Assembly: GCA_964276515.1 (NCBI GenBank)
Contig: OZ193909.1
Location: 11,780,001-11,844,000, forward strand
Source of the DNA: Gordius albopunctatus
Lineage: Eukaryota
Reading direction: 5' to 3'
DNA: 64,000 nucleotides
Position numbers and translations under genes: made by a program. Every line of letters begins with the position of its first letter. The stretch's first letter is position 1. Shown here in pieces: positions 12,081 to 25,473 of this stretch. The notes under the pieces were generated by a model. That model worked only from the letters and a program-made list of their open reading frames with translations, did no database searches and was not told where the DNA came from.

Positions 12081-13739
12081 GGCTTTCGGTCGAACTAATG
12101 AAAATTTCAACTGATGAGAAAAAATTCTTATTCAAAAAAAGCTCTTCAAAAAAGCTACTGAGAATAAACCAATAGGAACATTTGACAGTTTCGACGTATA
12201 GTGCATATAATCTAATGTAAATTTAGGAATATTAGGCAATTTCTGCGCATAGTGCAGAATATCTAATTGAGAATTTAAACCTCTCTCCCGCAATCCAGTT
12301 TCCAGACTGCACAATAAAACTAATATACAAATTTTAAATATTTAATTAATACAAAATGCTATTATAAAAAATATTAATAATAAAACGCATAAATTGAATA
12401 AGCTATTATTTTATAAACAATTGCATATAATATAGCGTGTCTACATTTGATATTAGTCTAATGTTAATATATATTTAAATATTTACAAGTATTAATCAGA
12501 AGATAATAATAACCCCTTTCAGGAGTGCCGCAATTAAATTAAAAGTTTTCTCATTATGTATTTCTAATATAATAAAAACAAAATAATTATTACTACCATA
12601 ATTATGAGGGTTATTTCTTGCCACCATAAGAATGGTTTAAATCTAATTTGTGCATTATATATACCTATCTCGCTTAGTGTGTGATTAGAAAATTAACTAT
12701 GGCATATTGATGAGTTCTAATAAGAGCGAAAACGTTATATGTCTGTTATTATTTTCGAGTCACATACTAAAAAAAAATAATGAAAAAAAGATAGGGATAT
12801 ATATAGTACAAATTAGTCTCTAATTAAAATTTCCTATAGATGGCGCTAATTAGAGAAAACTTTATAGTTGACTTAGTTGTGCAATTTAGCAAATTGAGAC
12901 CCTTTATTAACCCTGGCTAAAGCTTCAAAGTAGACTTTAACATATTTAAGACAAATATTAAAGTCCATTAGTATCATAATTAATTATAGCCCATAGTGTT
13001 TATTGCATGTTTACTATAGCGCTATAAACCACAAAGTGCCAGTGACTTTTAATGATAATATCATGAATTACAGAATTGATAACTAGATGCACCTATAAAA
13101 ACGGGTAGTAGAAACAACAATAAAAGCATCATTATTATAGGAATAAGAATATGAGGTTTTAAACTTTAAATTGCACGTATTTAAATTTATGACAAAAATC
13201 ATTAAAATCAAATTTATATTCCAAATAATTATCTTCCAATTCTAACTAACTTTGACACTAAATAGTTATTTATTTAATATAGTCGAAGAATAAAAACTTC
13301 TAGAAAACTCATGCTTTAGATTTAATCTATTACGGTGTCATTAAATACTCTATTGTACTTTTGAAATCGTTGGCGGGGGCTCAAAAATCTCGAGCCACCT
13401 TAGCTTAACTAGTTTATTTATTCGGACTGATTGACTACCAATTTATAATTACCGCATTATGCATGATGAGTAACTGCGAAATTAAAATTTGATTTAGTAG
13501 TATTTACTATTCAATCACAACTCATTCTAAGCCTATAATTTTGTAATATTTAATAATGCTATGGATTTAAATATGTGATAAAGATATTATAAAATTATTC
13601 ACATACCTTAAGGGTCAACCAAACTTAGGTAAATGTTGCAAAAAATATAGTATTTACAGGAATTTTTTTAATGTCAAAATAATATCTTAAATGTAAATGA
13701 TGCAAATCAAAATACACAATAATTTACTGAAATCTAACG

Positions 13740-13949
13740 AAAAAAAATCGAGATCTCGCCGAGAAAATCTCGTATCGTCTCGTCTCGACATCAAAATTCT
13801 CATCTCGATCTCGACTCCATTTTTCAAATTCTCGTCTCGACATCAAAATTCTCATCTCGATCTCGACTCCATTTTTCAAATTCTCGTCTCGTCTCGTCTG
13901 GGTTTTTCGAGACGAGACCGAGATTTTTCTCGGTTTTTCCGCATCACTA
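13740..13949. repeat. hAT-like transposon end with TCTCG subterminal repeats (related fragment at ~3156-3250)
   Basis: Repeated TCTCGTCTCGAC/TCTCGATCTCGAC motifs with a ~48-bp tandem duplication, ending in GCATCACTA. No convincing TSD. Confidence 0.55.
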
Positions 13950-14149
13950 AATATTTTCATTCGAAATAATATTTAAATGCGAATAAATAATGTCATCATC
14001 AAAAGAATTATGACTAACAAACAAGCGCGATATAACAATATTATGAAAAATCCCAATTACGCGAATCATAGGTAAAAGAAATATCTAAATAATTAAAAAC
14101 ATCAATCGAAAGCGACCTATCATTATAAAAAGAGAGGAGATTATTTATT

Positions 14150-16660
14150 TGAGCATCTTTTTGCTTAACATGCTTGCTAATCGAAAATACTTTTTGGCCT
14201 TGATCAATTTGTAATAAATTGATTTCAACTTTCTCATTATTTTCTATTAAAAACGAAATGCAGGTGTAAACATCGGGGTGAGGTTCCCCAATAAGGAACT
14301 TCAGAGAGTTTTGATAACCCTAAAAATGGTTGTTGGTCCTAGGACCAATAATCTCACATCTTTGCCACATTGAATACGAAAATATAGCCTAGGGGTTTAT
14401 CTATGTGGTCAAAATATAATAAAGAAACGCGCGCATTTTAGCATGCTGGGAGACAATAGGGTCATACTAGGATGATCTCCAGACCATGTCCACATCTTTC
14501 AAACGCAGGAATGGAAACCCCGTAGCCCTTCAAATCATCTTGCGAATTCGAGGATCCCGAAGATATCCCTTCTTGAATCCCAACTTATCAATTCTTCTAA
14601 AAAGGGCCTTTGAGTAATGGAACAGGCAACCTTAAATAAAAATATAAGCATAACAATTTTAATTAATACCTTTGACATGGCGTTTGAGAACGATTTTTTG
14701 ATCGCGCTTTTAGCGGACCGCTCAAAATCAATTTGCACAAATCTTGGGTTTAAATGTAAATTTTAACCCAAACATACGCTCTTTATTATACTGAACACCT
14801 TGCAGTATGTTCCACGCCTCCTGCTAGGCATGAAGACATATAGTGGTCCTTATAATACGCATGTATAGTATAGAGCTAAACAAATTGATGTATTAATGCA
14901 TAAATTATAATTTACTTGATAAAATAAATTTGGACATATTTTAAAAGTACCATCCATGTAAATGGATGGTACCTCACATAAAACCTTCAACAGTGACGGC
15001 GTCCCAAAAATGAGAATGTCATTGTTGTCGTTCCATATGAGGAACGACCCTCCTTTCGGTGTTAAAGTTTGAACTTCGGTAAGTCGTATTAGAGGTCTGC
15101 ATGGGCCGAAATTTTAGGTTCAGGCCCGGCCCATGCCCGCGCAAATATAAATTTTTTGGCCCGCACCCGGCCCACAATAAAATCCCAAAAATTGCGCCGC
15201 ATCAGGCCCGCACGAGTAAAAACAAGTCTACGCTGTTTCAAAATTATTTATTCGTATAAAAATATTTTTGTATTGTTCGTGAAATAATTTAAATATAGCA
15301 TATAAAATCGGTTATAATTAAAAATTACAATTTAATATTGTCATTTAAAACTAAAAGAGTATATATTCTATCCGGCAATAATTTCGTTCTTCTCTGTTAT
15401 ATAAGACGACTTGCCTTACTGAATGTGAGTTTACTCGTAGCCGTAGCCATTGGAATTGACAAAAACTGACTAGCTTATTATGGTAAGTTTGGTAACTAAC
15501 ATAAGTTGGTGTTTCGACCATAAAAATACACCTAGCTGAGCATCCTCAGGTTTAGATTTGATTTAAAATGTATTAACTTCGTGGAAATATTCAATTTTTC
15601 CGTTTCATCATCGTCCCAAATAAAAAAATAGATAATTGCTTAGTGTTGCACACCTGAGCTGGATTAATCATAGTTGGACCACTTATGCAAGAAAATCTAT
15701 GTCGGAAGACCCAGGATTACCGTAGTTTTTAAGAAGTTTCTTTCATACTCGGGTAGCATTTTCATCGTGCGAAACTAAGAAACAAGAAAGGTTGATATTT
15801 TATGATAAATTTCGATATTAAACTTTGAAATTAGCATAGTTTGGGCTCTTGACTTAAATTTGTAGATAAATCTTTAAGTCAACAGGATCATCATTACACG
15901 TAGTTGAAGGAAAAAAAATTGGGATGCTTTTTAATGATGTATAAAAGGGTAATATTTCATAGAGTGATGGTGTCTTATCCGCTTCTAACTTGATGCTTGC
16001 CTTTTCAAAAGGTAATATACCTTCAAATTTTTAGATTAAATCTTTGCCAGATTATTCAAACTTATCCACACTATGATTTTTGAGTTCCACCAGATTTGCT
16101 TGGAAAAATAATTTTTTTTATTATCATTAAGCTAATAAGTGCATTTTTTTGTTTCTACTATATATTAAAATTAGAGTATGAAAATAAATAATTTCAAAAT
16201 TTTCACTTTTCAAAGCCCAAGCCCGGCCCGCATTTTTTTATTGCTCAATTTTAGGTCCGGCCTGGCCAGCGGGCCGCGGGCTGGCCCGGCCCATGCAGAC
16301 CTCTAAGTCATATATCCCTCCTAGTAGGAGGAACGGCTTGCCTGTTTGGCTTGGCTCTTTTCATATTCAACCGCACAGTCTTCAGGGGTGGTGTTGCCAG
16401 TGGATACGCACCCAAGTGTGTGGTATAATCGGCTAATTTTCAGCGACATATAGATGATCATTGAGCATCAATATTGTTTTTCCTTTTTGGGATTGCCAAA
16501 ATATTATATCTAAATTATTTGAGGGTTATATCAATTGAACCTAATCCAATTTACTTTGTGAATTTAGGCTGGTGCAGGTGTTAATTAATCATTACCCTTT
16601 GTAGGGGTCTTCTCATTAGCATCTAATAAGCAATTCTCAGTACGACCTCCACTTGAACCT
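14150..16660 (-). mobile_element. Degenerate MULE (Mutator-like) transposase with short introns, interrupted by a hAT element
   Basis: Minus-strand motifs IYMDGTFKICPNLFYQ, YTIHA, QIDFERSAKSAIKKSF, GCLFHYSKAL and PRTNNH are typical of MULE DDE transposases. Short GT-AG introns lie at ~14632-14669 and after FYQ (~14880-14915). Boundaries are approximate. Confidence 0.8.
15090..16305 (-). mobile_element. hAT deletion derivative of the same family as 10479-11630, in opposite orientation
   Basis: TIR TAGAGGTCTGCATGG...CCATGCAGACCTCTA, TSD AGTCGTAT/AGTCATAT, and degenerate hATC sequence on the minus strand. Confidence 0.9.
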
Positions 16661-17463
16661 AAAAAAATTTCAATCTTTTATAAAGAATTTATAAAAAGTT
16701 GCTACTTTATTTACCCATAATTTTAGAGATATTTTCAACTAGTTTAATATTTGTTCCATTGAAAATATTTGACTTTACATTTGATGCAAAAAATTTATAA
16801 ATAAAGCTTAAGTATTTTACTTTAATACAATTTTCAGTATGCTCAGTAACTAAGCTTACTTATATTTTCCTTATTATCTTAATTTTTATGATTGCATATT
16901 TTTAAAAATATGTTAATTGGCGCTAAGTGTAGCATTAAGATTCGGGATTATGCGTTTTAGGGATTGTATCTAGGAACCATAATTATGATAATTAAATAAT
17001 GTGCTGTTAGCTTGAAGTCAGGTTCCAAATATAATATAAAATTACACTTTATTAGATTCTAACAGATATGGCTCGATAAGCGTAAGCATTAATACACTCC
17101 TTCCTTAAGAGCCTTCTAAAAACCCAACAGAGAATCAGATGATGTTTAAGATAAGATCAAAAAAATACAAACTTTATTAAAAGTTTTAATTATCATTCAC
17201 AAACCTATATTATTTCCAAAATAAAAGAAAAAGGATTTATTCAATTACAACCAGCAGTAACAAAGTGAATAGTTCTCTCATGCCTACTAAACTTATAGTT
17301 ATATATAATGAGGATGAATAAATCAAAGCTAGTTATCCCAGATATAACTCACATTTGCACAATATTTATTTATTGTCTATGTCTAAAAGTCACCAACTCG
17401 CTAATATTTCGGTAAAAAGCTACAAATGTATTAAAGTGCAGTCTGTTTTTAATAGCTTGAAAA

Positions 17464-18988
17464 ATGCGTCGAGCGAAAGTAGCATTTAAACCAAAACTAG
17501 GAATAACAAAACCAACCAAATCTGCTGAATTATCTACTAAAGTTGTGGAAGGTGACACAATTATCTCATCAGGTGCTCTTGAGGAAATAAATCTCAATCA
17601 GGATAATTCAAAAACTATAGATTCTTCCCATTATCCGGATGCAACTATAGATTGTTCTATTTCGAATAAATTTAATGAGTCCAAAGATCTGGCGAATAAT
17701 TTAGATGAAGCCAGAAATATTACACATATATTAAGTTCACCCCTTAATGATGAATCTATGATTTTATCCAATGATCAATCTAAATCTCAAAAAAATATAA
17801 ATGAGAATAAAAAAAATGAGATGTTTGATCAACTTGTTACTAACTTAATTACATTATCTCAGTCTAACAAGTAAAGGCTTAGAATCATTTATATAATATT
17901 ACAGATTTCCAAGCCAATTGAAGGATAAAGAATGTGAAATTGAACCATATAATTGTCAAATTACCAAGCCTTTGAATTCTAAGCCAAAATCCAAGGTTGT
18001 TGATTATTTTAGTATTAACCTTACCAAATATTTTTATATTACTAATTATCTTTCTTAAACTATATTACATTTTAAGACTGATTATAATGAACCGTTGCAC
18101 AACTCTGTCGACAACGATGACCAAAATGAGTTGAATTTAACTATGAAAGACTTAGTCTTTAAAAATCCTCAAGCTAATCCAATGAAGTAACACATTCTAT
18201 ATGTTAAAAATAATTAAAATTCACATATTAATAAATTGTATTCCAAGATTACCAATAGCTATAGGCTAAATTAATTCTTTATTATTTTAAATAACTTAAT
18301 ATCTGTCAACTAGGTCACCAATTAAAGTCAACAGTGAGCCAAAGCGATCTGTAGAAATTACACTGACCCCAATTATAACACAAACACATGTAACAAATCC
18401 ATCATCATTACCCCAGCAAACATTGGCTCCTAAAGTTAAAATAGGACCTGATGGCCAAATTATTATTGATAGTGAAAGGTATTGAATTGATCAAAAACTC
18501 TATATAATTGATCCTTTAAAATTTTTGTCAGTATTCTAAAAAATAACTTATTAATTTATCAAGTCTTCATTTACTATTGATGTAATTTTAAGTTTATTTA
18601 TTTTACTAGTTTGTATGTTCCGAATCCATCTCAAAATAATGATATCCTTTCCAAACCAGCTGTTCAAGAGGATTATGATCCTTTTAGTTATTTGAGGTAT
18701 TTCAAGAAGAGCGCAAATCATAAAATATGGAGTCGAGATGGTAAATAAATCTAAAAGCATACAGTTCTCAATTTTTTTCATAAAATACATCTATATATCT
18801 TATGCATAGAGAATATCAAGTTTTATAAAGCCCTCAGCAACCATGGCATAAATCTAACAGCCATCACTCAAGAATTCCCTAATCGTCAAAGAAGTGAAAT
18901 AAAGAAGAAATTTAAGAGGGAAGAAAAGATAAATGGGAATATGATTGACATTGCTTTGGCACAAAAGTACTCTCCTTACATGTCTTAA
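17464..18988 (+). CDS. BDP1: Transcription factor TFIIIB B'' subunit (BDP1), 6 exons: 17464-17870, 17905-17995, 18077-18186, 18314-18478, 18610-18740, 18810-18988 (~360 aa)
   Basis: The exons join in frame across GT-AG introns with no stops. Motifs: TMKDLVFKNPQANPM, APKVKIGPDGQIIIDSESL, and the SANT domain WSRDENIKFYKALS...FPNRQRSEIKKKFKREEK. Confidence 0.9.
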
Positions 18989-20039
18989 TGTCTCTCAAAA
19001 CTATTATTTTTAGAATTGAGATACAATATTTTTATTTTTTAACCTGTCTAGAAAAAATAATTTCTCGTTTTTTGTGTGTGGCTGTGGAAAAAGTTGGGGA
19101 GAGTAGTGTACAATTATAAAATGTTAGAAAATAAAAAGAATGGGGCATTTTTGAATTGTTTTTATTTAGATCCATGTGCTTACCCAGGATTTGACCAAGA
19201 AAATTTATTTGTGTGGGGGGGAGGGCACTATTAATTCTTTCCAGAAATTTTAGCCGTAATTTCGTTGATTTTAAAAAAAAATTTAGATTAGGAGCACCCT
19301 GGCTTGTCCATATATCAATAGAAATTTTTTAATTGAATGTGATTAGTGTGGTTAAGAATATAATGATAAATTAAAAAATTATATTTCAAAGTCAAAATTA
19401 AAAGTATTATATATTATTTGATTTTTCATGATGAAAAAAACTAGCATATTGGGGAGCAGAGGTTTGTATTTTAGAATATATAGTAAACGCGTTGTAAATA
19501 GGGCTATGTTAATGAAAAAAAGATTTTTTAAATGGTTTTTCGATTAGGGTTTGCACCCGAGCAGCCCATATTTTTCCCCCAAAGGTCGAGAATTGGCCGG
19601 GCTGTGAAGAACTCTAAATTCAATTAAATATTGACCTCGGTTTTGTTTGTACACTATAATGGGAGTGTTTTTCTTTGCCAAACAAGCACACCTCCACTCT
19701 ATATTTAGCGTTGATAGGATGGGTACCTACTGGATAACGAACGCTTCAAACGAGCTATTTTATAACACTTTTTGTGATGTAAATAGCAATCGCTTGCGTC
19801 TTTATTTGCTAATATGCCCTAATACGTTAGCATTTCCTTTCTTTTAACCCTTCGTTGTTCTTACCTTTTTCACTTCGCTCGATGGTTAATATGACCCATC
19901 AGAGGTCTAACTCTGTGATTTTATAATTACGAAGTCCACACTTGAGATCTTGCAAATTTGAGTCTATAAAGCTTATATTTTCACCATTATGTTTAAATTT
20001 TATAGGCAATTTTAGGTCAACAGACAAAATCGTAGGCTA

Positions 20040-20500
20040 GTAGCTTATATATAAAGGGCAATGCGTAAAAGGATATGTGTTCATCTAAATTAAAATCGTT
20101 TACAGATGGCGATAACCTAAATAATACCTACATTTACATCGACTATTACGATATAGTCGAGTATTGATTTGATATTATGATTTTATATATTGATATTAGG
20201 ATACAATATTATTTTAATTTCTTTATTAAATCTAAACAAATGATAATTATTAATTTAATAGACAAAATTGCTTAGAGTGACTATAGTTCAGTCAAAATAT
20301 TAGGATATAAAAACCATACCTTATGAATGGAGGGTTTGTCAGGGTTTTTGGATTTGTTCCGACCTGAGGGTTGGGGATAGAGTTTGAATCTAGCCCCAAA
20401 ATTTTAGGTGGGGTTCTTGGGGAACCCTTAGGTGGATGCAAAAACCAGGCTAAACCTGAAAGGTTTTAAAACTACCTCACCTAAAACCTCAGGCTTAAAT
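20040..20500 (+). repeat. Dispersed non-autonomous repeat; inverted copy at ~58490-58950
   Basis: TATATATAAAGGGCAATGCGTAAAAGGAT...AAAACCTCAG matches the reverse complement of 58490-58950 over more than 400 bp. Confidence 0.8.
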
Positions 20501-23500
20501 ATAACTATATCGAAATTCATAAATTATGTATATTCTTAAATAATATTATAATTATGTAATCAAGCGATGCTACTCATTATTTTAGTAGGAAACATGAGAA
20601 TATAAGGACGTAACGAAAAACAATAGGACGTTAAGTTTCATCTCAATTAAATTGGATGTTTAAATTTTTAATTTGAAACTTAATGAATTTTAACGTTATT
20701 TTTTTCCACAAATCATATTAATGACTAGTTTTACTGGGTCAATATAACTCAAGTCTCCACAAATGCCTTTTACGTCCAAAATGCACAAAATTTAGTAAAC
20801 ATATTTTATGATATTTTTTGTTAAGCTATTAAAAAATTCAGATATCTACAGCTACTTAAATTTTGGTCTATTGATCGAATATGTAGAATTTTAATTTGTT
20901 GTAGATCAATTTCAACTAACATATTTAAATATATCATGTTGAATTGTTAAAATAATTTGCTCGTTCTTTTAATCATTAAGTAAATACTGCGTGGCCATCA
21001 CCCCTGCCCCCTCCTTAATCTAATATTCAGACCCTTTTTCTGGCAAATTTAATGAGATTGACTCGAAAAATTTGTTGGACAACTCGGAAATTTGTGGGAA
21101 AACTCAGAATAGACTTCTCCTTAAACATGAATTAACAATTTTGCTTTATAAATCGCACTAAAAATGCGTTAAAATGGCAATTTGACACATGCGCCCATAT
21201 TTTTGAATGTAATGCTTGCTTTCGTCTACCTTATAAATATAAGCTTTTCCCCTTAAATTAAAAATTATAGCAAAAATAATGTATATATAAATGAATTCTA
21301 GAAAAAACATAAGGGCTCCACTTACCACGCTATGACTTGATACGACCCCTATGTATTTATACAATTTATTCTGAAATGTAAACAAAAATTATCATTAATA
21401 AAATACTTTGAAAATGCTTAAATTGAGGCTACTTTCAAATTTTTGAATATGTTAATTAATGCCACTAAATTTAGTATTACCTATTTTACATTTTAATAAA
21501 TTTGAATCTTAAATGGGATTAATCCACAAGGTGGTGCTTAAGGCATTTTTATGGGATTAAAATTTTGACTTCATAAATTTCCTATATATATTTTCTACAA
21601 CTTTGATGGTAATATTTATTTCATTAAAACGTTAGCCCCAAATTGGACTACTTTTTATCCGTTCTCTATCCGAACAAAAACGTTTCCTCCGTTGAGTCCA
21701 AGAACACCAAAAGGAAGGCTAGTCAAAACAAGAAAACTCAAGGCGGGGAAATGACCCCAGGCAGTAATATTAGTTAATTGCTTTTTCCAAGAGGTCCTTA
21801 ATAATGATTTCAGTAATGGTTGCTGCTGTTCCATAAAATACGGTCGCGATTGATGCGTAAATAATCACGCTTGTCTTGATGAAAAATGGTGTTGACTAAA
21901 ATGATTTAAATGTCAGAATTTAGTTTAAGTATCTGAATTTTAATCTGCTTTAATACTTTAAAAGACAACCATTATCATTATTTTGGAAAAACAAAGTGGC
22001 GGCGGGGGCTTAGTAATATAGGCTTATTTTTGAAACAAGAACTTGCGATTCAAAGCCCGTACGGCACTTTCTTTCCCAAGATGTAAGATAAATCACACAG
22101 TCAACACGGTCGTTAGGCCCTGGATAGCCGAGCGTGATCCTTTATTTCTCCAAAGAAGCGAACCACTAAGTGTGACAAATAGCTATAGGGAATTATGATT
22201 GGGCAACAATCATTACTTGGACTTTAAAATATAATTTTGACAAACCTGTCTTCTAAATGACTTTTACAGGAGTTTATAACCTTACATATATTCATGTTTA
22301 TTGCCTAAGGTTCGGACGAAAATTCATTAATATCCCAGCACACCTCGGATGACGACGATGACGTTATTTCATTGCACTCGGAAATCAACGCAAAAACGTG
22401 AGTTTTTATCACTCACTCTGAATTCAACGAAAAATTTATTAAACCATTATTTTTGAATGATTGAAAGAAACTTATGATTATTTATTTAACATTAGAGCGA
22501 GGCGGAAGAATAAATGTAAATCAGATAGCGTAAATGCGAGATCGAAAAGATCCCAAAAAGATATCCCCGGCAGCGGGAAGAAGATGAAGAGTGACAAGAT
22601 AATTTTGACCAGGCAACAGTACGAGTAAGTAATTTATCACATTTCTATACTATTATGAGTTTGTTGACATGTTTTTAACGAAGGCTATATTGCTCAAAAC
22701 AATTGGCTTGCAATGTCTGAGCAATTTATATAGCTTTAAAGAATTTAGTTTAGCTGGCTGTAGAATTCGTTGTTCAAATAAGACTTTGTGAATGATTTTA
22801 ATTCTATGAGCATGATAGTACAAATAGTTAAAAATTAGTAACTTGAACAATCAATTTACTACTTAATCCTGTCGGGGAGATTTCATAGTGTATTGGAAGT
22901 TGAGACTCAATATTTTGTCAGCTTAAACGAAATCCGTGCCCTAATTTAAGTCTGCGTAACAAACTATTCTTTCAAAAATTATAACTGCCCATTTCCTCAC
23001 TTCCCCTAAGATTATTTAGCTTATATATTTATTCATAATTCAAGTTTGTTTTTCTTTAACCTGCCTCATCGATACATGTTTATGAAATTGTTTTGTTGAA
23101 TAAATTGAAATAGGGTAGTAATCATAATTCTTATATTATTATTTATGACATTTTTACCCTAAAAATCTATTATAAGACAAAGTTAATTTATTTGTAATAA
23201 GTTGCTTCTTTATATCACTCAAAACTAGGTCATTTAAAGGTAACTGACCACCATAGTAATAGTCTACTTTACCCCCAAAACTCGTTCTAATTTTAATATT
23301 TCTGTCTAATCACAAGTAGTTAACGTGCATAGCACAGCCTCGATTTATTTTTAACATCCTATCCTGATTGTTTCTCATAATCAACCATCCTTTTTCAGTA
23401 ATTATGCTGTTTGAAATGCCAAATGTCAAACAGACTAAGTTTGATTTATATTTAACGCTCGATTCGTTCGCAGCACCGCAAATACCCTATTGCAACAAAT

Positions 23501-24140
23501 TACCGGTAATAAGATCAAAGATTTAGCTTCGATCATCCCACCAAAATGCGACAAAAAAGTGCGTTTCATACAAACGCTGTTTGCCCCCTATCAAAGCGAT
23601 GCCAACAATTGTATCACCATACCAGAACACTCCTCGTAAGCATGCTAACTTTTTTAAGCACAAGTTTGCGCTCGATATTTTAGATTAAGAGGGATTTTTC
23701 TAATCAACTCTTGCAATCTAAACATTAAGTGTTGATTTTTATATATAAGATTAACTTGTTTGAAGGATAAATATCGGACAGTTTTAGCCGACCATGCACA
23801 CGGGGAAAATACTAGAAGGAAGGGACTTTCGGTTTTGTCTCGTTCACTTAATCTTGTTTCAGCTTAATTATAAGTTCATATCGGTTCTATTTATTGAATA
23901 TTTGATCCGCGCATAAAAGTTGATTATGTGGGGCGCTTAAATAAATATGAAAACGGGCTGGAATCTGTCTCAAAATCTTTACATTTGCAGCCCTGTCTCA
24001 CTCATATATATAAGAATTCCTATTTCTTACACGAAGTAAATCCCATTATATAAATTAGCCCGAGCGGGTATAGAGAGGTTTTGAAACATTATATAGGCTG
24101 GGCTCTAAGTCATTTTGACCAACTCTTACTTTATATAATA

Positions 24141-25473
24141 CTAGATAAGCCCGGCAAACGTTGTTTTGCCATATACATTATGTCTGACAAATTAACTAAC
24201 TTACTATAAGTGTGATGAAACTGGCCGGGAAATGTCCGATATATTTAAAACAAAAAGGTATTTTAGGATTCTGAAAAAGCTATTTTACCCCTGGCCGCCC
24301 TGTGCATCTACGGCTAAATTTTCGCGCGAATCGGGCCGGTAGTTTTAGAATTTAGCCCTTACATACATACTATATATACACTAAAAATAGTGGGTTCATA
24401 AAATCCATGACGTGATAAAATTCGTGCCCCGTTTCAATATATAAAATATATAAGTCTAATATTTATTTTTAATAATATTAAATTAATCCTATAAATAAAT
24501 AATACATATTTCTACTCTAAAAAAATGGTGCAATATGGGAAATAATTAGATGGTATAAGAAAAATTACATACACGACTAAAAAATATTAAAACCGCGCTA
24601 AAACTAAACGGATGGCATTGATCCGTGTATGGAAATCGTGTTGGATTTAACGATTTCCATTGCACACGTCAATCAACAAAATCTTCGGACAGTACCTTAG
24701 GAAGGCTGGCTACCCTAACACCTTGGAGCCCGTTGGTCTTAGCACCACCGACGGTAAAAGACCAGACGGGGTCACACTCATTCCATGGTCCCGTGGACTG
24801 AATCTCACTTGGGACTTCAACACGGTCGACATATTTGCCCCATCCAATTCTTCTCCCGACCTTATAATCGGTGCAGAGAATAGGAAGACAGCCAAATATT
24901 CTTCCCTCGCGGACACAATATTTATTCCCGTAGTGGCAACCACAATCGGGAATTCAGGCATTGAAGCTCTCGCTCTCCTGAAACAAATTGGAAAAGCGAT
25001 CTCCAGCGTCTCCTTAGATTTGAAAGAATACTTTTTTATCAGGCAAAAGATCACAATGGAAATCGTTAAATCCAACACGATTTCCATACACGGATCAAAT
25101 ATTTCTACTTATATTCTAACTTTCCTGACGTCATTATTGTATATGCTGCTATAAATTAAACTGGCCGGGAAATGTCCGATATTTTTAAAACGAAAAGGTA
25201 TTTTAGGATTCTGAAAAAGCTATTTTACCCCTGGCATCCCTGGGCATCTACGGCTAAATTTTCGCGCGAATCGGGCCGGTAGTTTTAGAATTAAGCCAAT
25301 TTTTAAAACTAAAAGGAATTTTAGGATTCTGAAAAAGATATTTTACCCCTGGCCGCCCTGGGCATCTATGGTTAAATTTTCGCGCGAATCGGGCCGGTAG
25401 TTTCAGAATTTAGCCCTTACATACATACACACACATATATATATATATACATAGACTTTACTTTATATATAGA
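24141..25473 (-). mobile_element. Composite non-autonomous Helitron
   Basis: On the minus strand the 5' end is A|TCTATATATAAAG at 25473 and the 3' end is GGCAAAACAACGTTTGCCGGG hairpin..CTAG|T at 24141. A ~130-160-bp unit is repeated at 24218, 25158 and ~25300. Confidence 0.75.
24640..25157 (+). mobile_element. 3' fragment of a CRE-clade non-LTR retrotransposon (restriction-like endonuclease domain)
   Basis: LEPVGLSTTDGKRPDGVTLIPWSRGLNLTWDF...AENRKTAKY matches the PD-(D/E)xK RLE domain of CRE elements. Confidence 0.8.

Noticed and set aside
12132..12314. 60-aa minus-strand ORF
   Set aside because: Non-ATG start, no recognisable domain, and no linked exons identified.
13697..13969. Overlapping 90- and 78-aa ORFs on both strands
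   Set aside because: They are by-products of low-complexity subterminal repeats.
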